A DNA stretch of 64,000 nucleotides from Octopus sinensis (GCF_006345805.1 NC_043026.1:4712001-4776000), one strand, 5' to 3'; positions 49,645 through 63,562 are shown, numbered from the stretch's first letter. The notes: generated by a model from the sequence alone, not told the origin. Made by a program: numbers and translations.

Positions 49645-52600
49645 TTGTATATATACATGTAGATGTAACTACGTACATATATGTATGTATATATGCATAT
49701 ATTTTATTTATTTATTCTATTGTTATTATATGACCGAACGCACGCGTCGTTTCTCTTCTCCAAGTTTTTATTTATATATATATATATTTATATATACACA
49801 TACACACACACACACACACGTGCATGCACACATACATATACATGCATGCAGATACGTATACAAAAACCCCCCAAAATACTCATAAAGTGTTTGTGAAACC
49901 GTTGTGCAATTATGCAAGAGAAACCAGTTGCTCCCTCCATCCTCTTCGTTAATAGTAATATAAACTCTTCCGATATTTACGTTTCTTCAAAGATATCATC
50001 ATCAAAGCAATCCCTTTTCGCTGTGTAACAACCCTTTCCATTGTTTGCCCAAAGCTTGAAATTTTGGTGGAGGGGATTAATTGATTACACTGATCCCCAG
50101 TGTTTCTCTGGTACTTTATTTATCGATCCCCAAATGATGAAAGGCAAAATTGACCTTTTTTTTCACTTTTTAAACTTTTTATGGGTTTCTACTTGGATAT
50201 AATTAATGTAGCGTTAATAAGTTCACATAAAGAAATCTATGATTTAAACGGATTATTAAGATATATCCGAGCGAATCTCTGTCAACTTCTCACTTGGAAT
50301 CTTTCAGTGTCCGAGTTGCAATTAGTGCCACTTCTCTCTCTCTCTCTCCTCTCTCACTTTCTCTCCCTCTCTCTCATTTTCGCTCAGTTTAGAGATGTTC
50401 CCCTTTACCTCATATATTTATTCAGTTATCCAATTGAGAAAAACAGAACAATAATAATGATTTCTAGCATAGGTACAAGGCCTGAAATTTTGGTTTAGGG
50501 GTCTAGTTGGTATCATTGATCCCAGTACTTGATTGGTTACTATTTCGTCGATCCAGAAAGGAGGAAAAGGCAAAGTTGACCTCGGCGGGATTTGAACTCA
50601 GAACGTAGAGATTCACTACATGTTGCTATGCAGTTTACATGGCGTGCTAATGATTCTGCTAACTCCCCAATGATGTCCTCTTTTTCCCAGAGAATCAAAT
50701 CCCATTTGCTCGCCACAAATCCTCTGTCAAAATCCAATATTGAACTTCCAACAGCTACATTATCCCACTGGTAGAGGATCGCCAGGGCTTGACCATATTC
50801 CAGCTGTTTTGGCCTCCGATTGAGAGAAACTGGGGGGAAACAGCGACCACACATGTTCACCGTCAAGGAATCGATGGAGAGAGGTCGCAGCCTCAGTGCA
50901 TACCTGTGTGTAATCAGCTACAGCTTGTCCAGTCGTTCGTTGAGCAGGTGTTGACAGCAAATGCAGCGCTTGGCCAGTGGAATGCATCCGTCGCACAGAG
51001 AGCGGAATGGCAAGCGCTCCAGGTTGGTTAGACTTGAAATGAGGCGAGGCACAACGGTCAGGCAGTAATATATGATGGAGCTAATGTAAGTGTTCGCCAA
51101 ATCCGCCTGACCAGTTAAGGATTATTTTTTTTCTCTCAGCCGTTTTACTAGACTTCAAGGCACTTGGCTACTCTTTCTAGCGCGGGTAGGTAGGAACCGA
51201 TGGAGGGTACATGCGGCCCTGTTTCCCGGCCCTCAACATTTAGGAAAGGAATAAACAAAATAAGCCCCGGAATAACATGTTTGTTAAGAGATGGAAAGAC
51301 AGTTTGTTTCAAAGCAGAGAAGCGTGGCATGCTGACCAAAGGAGTCTGCTTCCTCAAAGACAACAACTCAGTTCACAAAACACATGTTGCCCAGATGGAA
51401 GCACACTCCTGTGGCTATGAAATCCTTACTCTCCTGACCTCGCACCATCTGACTTCCACCTCTTTCCAACCATGAAATATTTTTTGAAGGGGAAGAAATT
51501 TTCAGATGACAAACTTATTTCTGGGGTAAAGCCTTGACTCTAGATGCAGCCTACCAACTTCTACAGATGAGGGATACAAACTGCATAAAAGAGACAGGAG
51601 AAGTATGACACCACTTCTGGAGGACAACTGAAGGTTCCTATGGGACAACCTGTTGCGGGCTACTGACCAGATCTGTGGCTGATGCAAAGGCCCACTTGAC
51701 CTAAGGTGGCATGGTGGTGGAACAATGTAGTTGACATGGTCATTAGGAAAGAGAAACAGGCATGGAAGGACTGGAAGTGTGGTGGAAGCAGGGAACTGTT
51801 CAGATCGCCAGAAGGGAAGCTAGGAGACAGGTTTACTAAGCCAGAAGGGAAGCAGGTAACAAAAAAAAATTGCTAATGTTCTTTCTTGTGTGGACCAGAG
51901 ACTCAAAGTGTTTCATATTGCATGACAGTGTGTGAGAGAGAATTGTGATGTCAAAAGAGAGAAATGTGTCTGCATGGATGATGGGTCACTCCATTTAATG
52001 ATGCTGCAAAGAGAGAGACTTGGAGATGCCACTATAAATGGTTCCTGAATGGAAAAAAGTGTGCCAAATGTTGACCTAACAGAGGGATCAGCTATTCAAA
52101 TTGACAGTACCTTGGTAGATAAAGCAATTAAGGGTATGGAAGCAGGGAAAGCTCCTGCCTCATTAGGAATCACTGGTGTGATGCTTAAAATATCTGGTGG
52201 TGTAGGCTGTAGTCTAGTCACATGTATAGTCAAGCAGGTGATGTGCAAAGGGGTCATACCCAACGACTGGTGTTGCAGCACCATAATCAATTGCTACAAA
52301 GGTAAAGGTGATGCATTAGACAAAACTAATTACAGAGGTATGAAATTGTTGGACCAGGTGATGAAAGCCACAGAGAGGGACATAGCCCAACTAAATAGGG
52401 AGTAAGTTAGTTTAGATGAGATGCAGTTTGGGTTTTTGCCAGGGAGAAGCACTATTGATGTTATATTTCTGGTAAGGCGGCTCCAGGAGAAATACCTAGT
52501 TAAAGATAGTCTCTATACATGGCATTCATTGACAAGGAGCCATATATTTTTTTATTGAACTTAAAACATTTGACCCTTTAAATTAACTTTGGTACTCGCA

Positions 52601-53422
52601 GCTATCAGGTGACATTTTTTTCAGGGGTCCTTATGCCTCTGATCCATCTGTCCATAAGGGTATTCTTGGCCATTGAGGTGGTGGTAGGGTGTCTACCTGT
52701 TTTCAGTTGACTGGGCCAGAAACATGGATAATCTTGCGAAAACAAACTCATAAAGCTAAAAAATAGGTTTATTGACTGAAATGACTAAATCTTTTTGAAT
52801 AGAGAAACATCAGGTGAATTTTATTTCAAACAATTGTTTTCGGGTTAGGTCATAAATATAACTGTATTTATGTATAAGTAAATGTGTACCCAAGCACATC
52901 TGCCCACACACACTCACTCTTACGTATGTTTTTACTTAGACATAAACACAGGTGACATTGTAGCTGGCCTAAATCTCATCTTTTCAAATAAAACTCACCT
53001 GACCTATTCAGCATTTCATTCAATAATGCAAAACAACTGGTTTTTTTTCTTTTTTCTATTTTTTTTTTTTTGCTTATTATTTTGACCTCTTGCAATTTCT
53101 ATTCATGTGTATGTGTGTGTATATATGTATGCGTGTGTGCAACCACCTGCATGCTAATGTGTGTGCGTAGGGATGTGACACACCCATCAAAACCTGGGCA
53201 GACATGAAGACTGTGTGAAAAGAAATCTGATACACCCTCCACCCTCCACCCCACGGAAGAAAGGAGAAGACTTTGGAAATTGCTTTTAAGTAAGAAACTC
53301 AGTCTGTCTGTCTATCTGTCTATATATATATATATGGTGGTGCTCCAGCATGACCACAGCTGCATGACTGAAATGAGTAAAAGAAAACAATAAAACAATA
53401 GTATATATGTATACATATACAA

Positions 53423-53490
<68 letters not shown>

Positions 53491-53911
53491 CATTTGAAGT
53501 ATTGTCCAGGTATATCTAAATGAAGAAGACTAATCAAATTTACAAACGTATTTAAAGGGTCTGAAACCTAGGTACTAGATTATCCGATTCCGGGTTGTTC
53601 ATTTATCTAATGTTCTTCCTAGAGTTAAGATGGAAGTCTTTATGTTCCCAGCCTTCACGCGTCTTTCCCAGTATATATACACAGTGAAGCTTTACTACAG
53701 GGTCGTAAATCTATTGACTGCTATTTCCAGTAAACATTGGTGCCTTGTTGTACCACTAATCTATATTTATACTTCTACCTTAACCTCGTGTTTTATTTGA
53801 CTGGAAAGTAAGACATTTGTTTTGCAATATTTTTATTTTCATTGTGTGCGTGTGTATATATATATATATATATATATGAATGTATATACATGTATATATA
53901 TATATATATAT

Positions 53912-53985
<74 letters not shown>

Positions 53986-54271
53986 GTATAATTAATTAAT
54001 AAGGGTGAGAGAATTAGATACTAATTTAATAGTATATTTATTCCACACCAAGTGGCCTAGTGCTACGAGAAACCTGGATTATTATAATATTTTATAACAT
54101 ATTATAATATTTTCTAATATTTTCACAAAATATAAGAGAGTGGTCACTATATTGATCACTCTAGCACCAGTTAATCCAAAAGGTTTCAACCACGAAAATA
54201 CATGTTTCCCATGAAAGCCAAGTACGACTGTTAGCTCACACGGACAGGGCAAATAAAATATAACAAAAATA

Positions 54272-54365
54272 CAGATTATTTTGGGACAATTGTTTCGCTA
54301 TTAATGAATTAAATGTAATATTACTTACAATAATCCATTTGTAGCTCGTCAGCCAAGACTATCTG
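54272..54365 (-). ncRNA. Type I hammerhead ribozyme, family C (inverted complete copy)
   Basis: Reverse complement of 54970-55063. Confidence 0.82.
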
Positions 54366-54969
54366 GATGAAATCCACTCAATCACACGCCAGATTTTACC
54401 ATAACGATAAATACGCGTGTGGTTCAATTGATTACATCCGACGTTATAATTCAACTGACGAGCTACAAATGGATTATTGTAAGTAATATTACATTTAATT
54501 CATTAATAGCGAAACAATTGTCCCAAAATAATCTGTATTTTTGTTATATTTTATTTGCCCTGTCCGTGTGAGCTAACAGTCGTACTTGGCTTTCATGGGA
54601 AACATGTATTTTCGTGGTTGAAACCTTTTGGATTAACTGGTGCTAGAGTGATCAATATAGTGACCACTCTCTTATATTTTGTGAAAATATTATAATATGT
54701 TATAAAATATTATAATAATCCAGGTTTCTCGTAGCACTAGGCCACTTGGTGTGGAATAAATATACTATTAAATTAGTATCTAATTCTCTCACCCTTATTA
54801 ATTAATTATAATTATGCTGCATTTATTTCTAAATGCTGTATTTGTTTCCGTGAGAGTTTGGCGCGCTGTTGGTTGGGGCATTTGAATTATAACGTCGGAT
54901 GTAATCAATTGAACCACACGCGTATTATCGTTATGGTAAAATCTGGCGTGTGATTGAGTGGATTTCATC

Positions 54970-55063
54970 CAGATAGTCTTGGCTGACGAGCTACAAATGG
55001 ATTATTGTAAGTAATATTACATTTAATTCATTAATAGCGAAACAATTGTCCCAAAATAATCTG
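54970..55063 (+). ncRNA. Type I hammerhead ribozyme, family C (complete)
   Basis: cagatagtcttgg-CTGACGA-gcta...tagc-GAAAC-aatt-GTC-ccaaaataatctg. Stem I 11/13 paired, stem II GCTA/TAGC, palindromic stem III ACAATTGT, cleavage after 55050. Confidence 0.85.
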
Positions 55064-55212
55064 TATTTTTGTTATATTTTTTTGCCCTGTCCGTGTGAGC
55101 TAACAGTCGTACTTGGCTTTCATGGGAACATGTATTTTCGTGGTTGAAACCTTTTGGATTAACTGGTGCTAGAGTGATCAATATAGTGACCACTCTCTTA
55201 TATTTATTTATA

Positions 55213-55258
<46 letters not shown>

Positions 55259-55265
55259 ATATTTA

Positions 55266-55434
55266 TTTATTATATAGAAGGAGCTTCTACAGGACTAGAA
55301 CTGTTTCATTCAAGAGAAATCATCAGGAAGCTAGTTAACAAGAATTGTTAACTAGATTCTTGTTAACTAGCTTCCTGATGATTTCTCTTGATGAAACAGT
55401 TCTAGTCCTGTAGAAGCTCCTTCTATATAATAAA
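55266..55434. repeat. ~165-bp palindrome with a compact family D hammerhead on each strand (55282-55332 minus, 55369-55418 plus)
   Basis: agcttc-CTGATGA-tttctcttga(a)t-GAAAC-ag-ttctagtc-ct-GTA-gaagct. Stem I 6 bp, stem III 4 bp, weak stem II. Confidence 0.68.
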
Positions 55435-55501
55435 TTAATTTTACTCTTCTATGTATTGAGTACCTTATTTACTGTGGTTAACCCCGAATCAACCCGGGAC
55501 C

Positions 55502-55556
<55 letters not shown>

Positions 55557-56207
55557 TTAAATTAGAGATAAAAGCACTATTAGGCAAATCAAACAGAGTA
55601 AAACATAAACCAAGACAAATAAAAATAATATAATATACAAAATATATAAAATATAAAAGATATAAAAAATTGCTTGGCCGCAATTTAATGACTGCAGGAT
55701 CCAGTAAAAGATCAACATACACATACAAGTAAATATATTTACATGGTTATGTTCACACATATGTTAATATACGTGTGTATATATATATCTTTTCTCTCGT
55801 TTACTTGTTTCAGTCTTTTGACTGCGGCCATGCTGGAGCACCACCTTCAAGTAGAGTAAATCGACCCCAGGACTTATTCTTTGTAAGCCTAGTACTTATT
55901 CTATCAGTCTCTTTTGCTGAACCCCTAAGTTATGGGGACATAAACACACCAGCATTGGTTGTCAAGCAATGGTGGGGGGACAAACATATACACACATACA
56001 TATATATACATATATACGACGACGGGCTTCTTCCAGTTTCCGTCTACCAAATTCACTCACAAAGCTTTGGTCGGCCCGAGGCTATAGTAGAAGACACTTG
56101 CCCAAGGTGCCACGCAGTGGGACTGAACACAGAACCATGTGGTTGGTAAGCAATCTACTGACCAAACAGCCACTTCTACATATATATATATATATATATA
56201 ATATATA

Positions 56208-56238
<31 letters not shown>

Positions 56239-56395
56239 ATATGTATGTGTGATGGACTCCAATTGAAAACAACATACGAGCATCCATCTTTTGCCCAAAG
56301 GTCTGCAGAAACAATTCCTTTACAGTGATGAAATGTTCATGCTGTACTTTCACTCACTCTACCCATCAAATACATGTGCGTGTGTGTGCATATAT

Positions 56396-56473
<78 letters not shown>

Positions 56474-56609
56474 CATATATAATATACATATACATACATA
56501 AACATACATATACATATATATACATATATACACATATATATACATATATACATATACATATATATACATATATATACATATACATATATATACATATATA
56601 CATATATAT

Positions 56610-57630
56610 ACGATCACAAGTTATGCAGATGATACAAAAGTTTCACAGGCAATACAGAACCCTGAGGACACTAAACGCCTGCAATGTGAGCTGGACAAAA
56701 TATACAAGTGGGCTGAAAAGAATAGCATGCAGTTCAATGCTGAAAAGTTTCAAGCTTTATACTATCAGCATGCAAAACTAAATGCAATACCCAATGAATA
56801 CACTGGACCCGGAAGAATAGCAATCCCAGAGGCACAATCAGTGCATGACCTGGGTATTCACATGAGTGACGACGCAACCTTTCGTGTACATGTTGCTAAA
56901 TTGGCAATAAAATGTAGACGGCTGGCTGGATGGATTCTCAGAACCTTTAGAACAAGAGAACAAGAAACCATGATGGTCCTCTGGAGGACACTTGTCCTAA
57001 GCCACTTTGACTACTGCTCTCAGTTATGGTCACCATCCAGTGTCAAGTTGATCACAGAGCTCGAGGCGATCCAATGCAGCTACACGAAGAAGATAGCCTC
57101 TATGCAGAATGTAAGCTACTGGGAAAGACTCAAGAGATTAAAACTATATTCCTTGAAGCGTAGGCGGGAAAGATATGCCATAATATACATCTGGAAGATC
57201 CTGGAGGGACGTGTCCTAAACTTTGGCATCGAGAGTTACGCAAATGCCAGAACTGGGCGCCACTGCGTGGTGCCTAGGACTCCAAGTTTGCCATCGAGAT
57301 GTAGGACAAGATTCTGTGATAGCCTGGGCTTCCGTGGCCCACAGCTCTTCAATATCCTCCCGAAGAACCTGAGAGACCTGCATGGGGTGGATGCAGATGT
57401 CTTTAAAATGAAACTGGATCTCTTCCTGTCAGGTGTCCCAGATGAACCAACTTCACGGCAGGAGGTGCAGATGAGGGCAGCTGCATTGAACTCTCTCATG
57501 CACCAAATGGCAGTTGCTAAAAAGCTTTCGTGAAGTAAAACCAAGTAGCAACACCAAATGGCGGTGCCCCAGCATGTCCACAGCTCATAAGCTGAAACTA
57601 GAATCAATCAATCAATCAATCAATCAATCA
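56610..57630 (+). mobile_element. 5'-truncated CR1-clade LINE with near-intact RT C-terminal ORF (56727-57533)
   Basis: SYADDTKV...[11 protein letters not shown]...DLGIHMSDD...HFDYCSQLWSP...ELEAIQ...SYWERLKRLKLYSL; (ATCA)n tail. Confidence 0.9.
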
Positions 57631-58094
57631 TACATATAGATATACATTATATATATATATATATATATATAAACTGTTGTGTCTGGGGAGAGTGATTGCG
57701 TCAAGACTATTGAAAAGGTTGCAAGAAGCAAGGAAAATTTTAGAAAATAAAAATAAGAAATAAGTGGAAATTTTACCGGTGAGTGTGTTAAATAATTAGG
57801 CACTAAAAGTGAATGACTCTCCCCAGACACAACAGAATGTGCTTCAACACACGAACTCACATAAAGAATTTTGCAAACCAAATCCAAAATCGAAATATAT
57901 ATATACACACACATATATATACATACATACATATGTGTGTGTGCGTATATATATATAAATAAATAATACATATATATATATATATGTATACATATACATA
58001 ATACGCGTGTGTGTGTGTGTGTGTTTATATTTATATATATATATATACATATAAATAATACGCACACACACATATATATATACATATATATAAA

Positions 58095-58460
58095 TTTTGT
58101 CATTGAAAGCTACACCAATGCCAGAACGGGACGACACTGCATATTGCCAAAGATACCAGCAATGCCATCGCACTTCGGGACCAGTTACTGCAACAGCCTG
58201 GGTTTCAGGGGCCCACAGCTTTTTAATATTCTCCTAAAGAACCTGAAGAACTTGCACAAAGTAAATGTAGGAGATTTTAAATCAAAGCTGGACCTCTTCC
58301 TGTCGAGAGTCTCAGATGAACCTCCCTCACGCCAAGAGGTGTAAATAAGGGTGGCTACATCAAACTCCATTCTTTACCAAGTGCCACATATTGGAGGAGG
58401 CACTCAGTAATAACAGTGTAGCAAAACGGCAGTCGCTCCAGCATGGCCGCAGCTCTGAGC
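58095..58460 (+). mobile_element. Short divergent CR1 3' fragment (duplicate at 41960-42330)
   Basis: IESYTNARTGRHC...SLGFRGPQLFNILLKNL...FKSKLDLFLSRVSDEP. Confidence 0.8.
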
Positions 58461-58516
58461 TGAAACTACAGAAATAAAATATATATAATACATATGTGTG
58501 TGTTTTTGTATTTACA

Positions 58517-58559
<43 letters not shown>

Positions 58560-58724
58560 ACATCATCATAGTTTAACGTCCGTTTTCCGTGCTAGCATGG
58601 GTTATATTTATATAGTGCATACATACATATATATATTGAATATGTACCAAATAATTGTCACATACTACATTTACAGATATATATATATACACATATATAT
58701 ATATATATACACATATATATATAT

Positions 58725-58755
<31 letters not shown>

Positions 58756-59782
58756 CTTACAAAAAACATACATAAATGTATACTACATACGTATGTGACG
58801 TTGGCACCTAAAATGCATCATTCAAGCATGCTTGATGCTAGCACTGCCTCAGTGGCCCTGATGCCTGTGGCACATAAAAAGCACCGACTTCACCCTCAGA
58901 GTGGTTGGCATTAGGAATGGTATCCAACTGCAGAAACTTTGCCAGATGAGATTGGGGCCTGGTGCAGCCTCCTGGTATGCCAGCCCTCAGTCAAACCGTC
59001 CAATTCATGCCAGCATGGAAGCAGACGTTAAAGACGATGACGATGATGATGATACATATATGTCTCTATGTATGTATGTATTTGTAGCCCTCTTAGACAT
59101 GCCAGTGGCCCCTCAGACAGCCATAGTTACCAGCTATGCTAACGATACAAAATTATCAGAGGCAATAAAAAAATCAAAGATGACATCGCAAGATTACATC
59201 TGGGGCAAACGACTGAGAAAAGCGGCAAGACCATGGTGGTGCTCCAGCATGACCACAGCTACATGTGTAAAGAAACGTGTTAAAGAATTATATGTCTGTG
59301 CGTATGTGTATTATGAAACCATATCAAAACTTTCCTGAGTCATTGACTCACACAGCACAAATTATCGACTCATAAGGACGGTTTCCCTTATTCTGTCATG
59401 TATATATTTCCCCCAATGAAGAGGAAGGTGGGCCATCGTTGGATTCCTTGTTTTTACTGGCCGAATAAATTGGGGGAAGTGGAATGAAGAGTGTTGCTCA
59501 AGCAAACAATCTATCACCCAATCCAGGAATTGAAACCTTAATCTTAGTATCATGAGTGCAACACACTAAAAATGTGCATCCACACACTCGCACAGACACA
59601 CATACACAAACACACATGTACAGGGGTATAAATATACACAAGTATACACCCTTATATATACATATATAATTAAACATATATATATATACACATAAATACA
59701 TACACACACACAGTTACAGTAAATATATATATGCATATACATACATATATATATACACACACACACAAACACACACACATAT

Positions 59783-59815
<33 letters not shown>

Positions 59816-60745
59816 TCATATATGTGTGTGTCGCTGTTTGCCCTCCCATCCTCCCACAAACGGTTGACAACCGATGTTGGTGTATTTACATCCCCACACA
59901 TAGCGGTTCACCAAGAGAAACCGATAGAACAAGTCCTTGGCTTACAAAGAATATGTCCTGGGGTCGATTTCTCTGAACCTTTAAGGCAGTGCTCCAGCGT
60001 GGCCACATTCAGAAGATTGAAACAAGTAATAGAATAAAATTATACATAGGTGTAGGAGTGGCCGTGTGGTAAGTAACTTGTTTACCAGCCACATGGTTCC
60101 GGGTTCAGTCCCACTGCGTGGCACCTTGGACAAGTGTCTTCTACTATAGCCTCAGGCCGACCAAAGCATTGTGAGTGGATTTGGTAGACGGAAACTGAAA
60201 GAAGCTCATCGTATATATGTATATATATATGTGTATGTTTGTGTTTGTGTGTGTGTCCCCAACATCACTTGACAACCGATGCTGGTGTGATTACGTAACT
60301 TAGCGGTTCGGCAAAAGAGACCGATAGAATAAGTACTGGGCTTACAAAGAAAAAGTCCTGGTGTCGATTTGCTCGACTATAGGCGGTGCTCCAGCGTGGC
60401 CACAGTCAAATGATTGAAACAAGATAAAAGAGTAAAGAATATACAAACAGGTGTGTGTGTGTGTGTGTGTGTGTGTATCCATGTATAAACATACATATGG
60501 ATAAATACATATATATGTGTGTGTGTGTATATAGATATACATGTGTGTATGTATGGGTGTATATTTGTAAGGAAGTGTGTGTATATATATATATATTTCT
60601 ACACACACACACATACGCATACATATACACACATACACATATCCATACATGCACACACACACACTCACATACATTCATTGATATTATGCCTTTGGCTGAT
60701 CAGAAAATTGTGATCCTTTTGTTAGAAGAAATTTGAAGAAAACCC

Positions 60746-60799
<54 letters not shown>

Positions 60800-60809
60800 C
60801 ATATATATA

Positions 60810-63350
60810 TATGATTGATTGATTTTGATTTTTCCAGTTTCAGCTTATGAGCTGTGGCCATGCTGGGGCACCGCCATTTGGTTTGCTACATGATTTTACC
60901 TCACGAATGCTTTTTAGCAACTGCCATTTGGTGCATGAGAGAGTTCGATGCAGCTGCCCTCATCTGCACCTCCTGCCGTGAAGTTGGTTCATCCGGGACA
61001 CCTGACAGGAAGAGATCCAGTCCTACTTTAAAGACATCCGCATCTACACCATGCAGGTCCCTCAGGTTTTTCGGGAGGATATTGAAGAGCTGTGGGCCTC
61101 TGAAGCCCAGGCTATCACAGTATCTTGTCCTACATCTTGATGGCAAATTTGGAGTCCTTGGTACCACGCAGTGGCGACTGGTTCTGGCATTTGCGTGACT
61201 CGATGCCAAAGTTTGGGACAAGTCCTTCCAGGATCTTCCAGATATATATTATGGCATATCTTTCTCGCCTACGCTCCAAGGAATAGAGTTTTAATCTCTT
61301 GAATCTTTCCCAGTAGCTTACATTCTGCACAGAGGCTATCTTCTTCGTGTAGCTTCGTTGGATTGCCTGGAGTTCTGTGATCAACTTGACGCTGGATGGT
61401 GACCATAACTGAGAGCAATAGTCAAAGTGGCTTAGGACAAGTGTCTTCCAGAGGACCATCATGGTTTCTTGTTCTCTTGTTCTAAAGGTTCTAAGAATCC
61501 ATCCGGCCAGCTGTCTACATTTCATTGCCAGTTTAGCAACATGTACATGAAAGGTCGCGTCATCACTCATGTGAATACCCAGGTCACGCACTGATTGTGC
61601 CTCTGGGATTGCAATCCCTCCGGGTCCAGTGTATTCATTGGGTATTGCATTCAGTTTTGCATGCTGATAGCATAAAGCTTGAAACTTTTCAGCATTGAAC
61701 TGCATGCTATTCTTTTCAGCCCACTTGTATATTTTGTCCAGCTCACATTGCAGGTGCTTAGTGTCTTCAGGGTTCTGTATTGCCTGTAAAACTTTTGTAT
61801 CATCTGCATAACTTGTGATCGTGGCTATCTGCATGGCTGAGGGCATGTCTGAAAGGGCCATTATGAACAGTAGTGGTCCCAAAACAGTGCCCTGCTGAAC
61901 ACCGCTCACTATTTGCTCACTACCACCTGACTTCTATTCTTCAGAAAGTCATGAAGCCATTCTCCCAATTTTCCAACTACGCCAAGATCACGCAGTTTGT
62001 GACATATCATTCCATGATCGACTTTATCAAAGGCCTTTGCAAAGTCGAGATATATCACTTCCACATTTGTGTGGTTGAGCAGTCGTTTCAGCACCCAGTC
62101 ATAGTGTTGTAGGAGCTGAGTTAAGCAGCTTCTTCCTGGTCGGAAACCATGTTGGGTGTCTGGCAGCAAGTCATTTTCTTCTAGGAAGGTGATCAGTTTC
62201 CTTCTGACTATTCGTTCCATGACCTTGCTGATGTGTGAGGTCAGAGAGATAGGTCTGTAGTTCTTGGCCTCTGCTCTGCTACCTCCTTTATGAATAGGGC
62301 ATATTTTACCTTCCTTCAGTTTTCTTGGAAGTTTGCCAGTTGCAAGGAAGCTCTGAAAGAGGAACTGCAGTGGTCTTGCTAGGACTCTCTTACATACTTT
62401 TAGGAGGATTGCCGGGAATCCATCGGGGCCAGTAGCTGAGTTTGTTTTCATTTCATCTATAGCCTTTATTACATCGTCTTCTTTTATATTGATGTAATCA
62501 ATCATTGCTGCCTCTGATTTTATAGCTGCAGTGGTAAAGAAGTCAGTTGGATTGCTGATTTGGAAATGCTCAAGGGGTGGAGTGAAAACACTCTTGAATT
62601 GCTCATTCAGTATTTCACTTACCCTCATTGGTTTTCCTGTGAGTGTGCCATCCTTTTCAAGGAGTGGCCCTATCCTACACTGCACCGTAGCTGTTTTTTG
62701 GCATACCTGTAGAAAGCTCTGGGGTTAGATTTTATGTTGTCTATAGCCCAGGCTTCTTTGTCTGCTCTTTCCTTTTCATGGGAGAGTTGCAGACATTTTT
62801 CAATTTCCAACAGTTTTATTTTTAGGCGGGACTTTTCACTGCTTTCAATTTGTTTGTTTAGGCGATTTGAAATTTTTGTACACCGTCTCATTAAAATTTT
62901 CCTCTCTCTGGGGATTTTGTTCTTGTGTACAGTGACCTTTCTCTCTGGGACACATTTGTAGCATATGGCTTGCATTACAGACAGGAATTGTTGAAGTTTC
63001 ACATCGATGTCTGGCAAGGAGAGACATTCAGGCCAGTTTTGTTTGAGGATCTCTTTCTCAATTTGTTTCCAGTTTGCCTTATGGAAGTTCAAGCTGGAAA
63101 GATTCTGAGAGTTTCTTGTAGGCTGCATGTCCATGCTTTCCTTTGGCCCATACATGGTCAGCTCTAACATGTTGTGATCCGAGAGTAGTGTCGGTGTCAC
63201 TTTCACATTATGGATGAAATCCATATTATTTGTGAAGCAGAGATCCAGTGTGTTACCTTCCCTGCTGGGTGGAGTATTACTTGTTCCATGTACAGGGTGT
63301 TGATGAGATTCAGGAGGGACATCGCCTGTCCTCGTTCACATCATGTCATT
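60810..63350 (-). mobile_element. CR1-clade LINE, longer copy with RT core, three frameshifted ORF pieces
   Basis: ATGPDGFP, NYRPISLTSHISKVMERIV, QHGFRPGRSCLTQL, YLDFAKAFDKVDH, SGVQQGTVLGPLLF, SYADDTK; frameshifts near 62680, 61909 and 61200. Confidence 0.93.
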
Positions 63351-63409
63351 CCTGGGAGAGAAAGGCCCTCGGGCCATCTGACATTGGGTATATATATATA
63401 TATAAATAT

Positions 63410-63562
63410 ACCGGAGTAAACACATAAATGTGAAACAAGGTGGAAAAAAAAGAGTACTCAAATACCAGTGGTAGAGTAATATGCTTTATTTTAAGCAGCA
63501 AAAAATTCAACAAAATCTGTTGCTCTGAGTTTCTCGTTGCCGTTCATCAGACAGTTTTTGCT
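63410..63562 (-). mobile_element. Penelope-like pLTR fragment with a degenerate hammerhead (family E)
   Basis: aaaaactgt-CTGATGA-acggcaacga-GAAAC-tcaga-GCA-acagatttt (63512-63559). Core and stem I intact, but the triplet is GCA and 10.1/11.1 is mismatched. Confidence 0.55.

Larger units (their letters stand above)
53987..55205. mobile_element. Penelope-like pLTR / retrozyme-like insertion: one inverted unit plus two tandem units (period 528 bp)
   Basis: Inverted arm 53987-54454 versus 54455-54810; tandem repeat of the ribozyme core at 54455 and 54983; inserted in a (TA)n tract; absent from the duplicate block near 39050-39160; no ORF. Confidence 0.75.
51308..60755 (+). repeat. Segmental duplication, copy 2
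   Basis: Starts mid-mariner at tcaaagcagagaagc and ends at gaagaaaacccctcatat. Carries the extra family C pLTR insertion. Confidence 0.9.

Noticed and set aside
50660-51040. Fragment with a WNASVAQRAEW motif resembling a LINE C-terminal W..A.DR..W
   Set aside because: Too degenerate to assign; probably an old LINE remnant.
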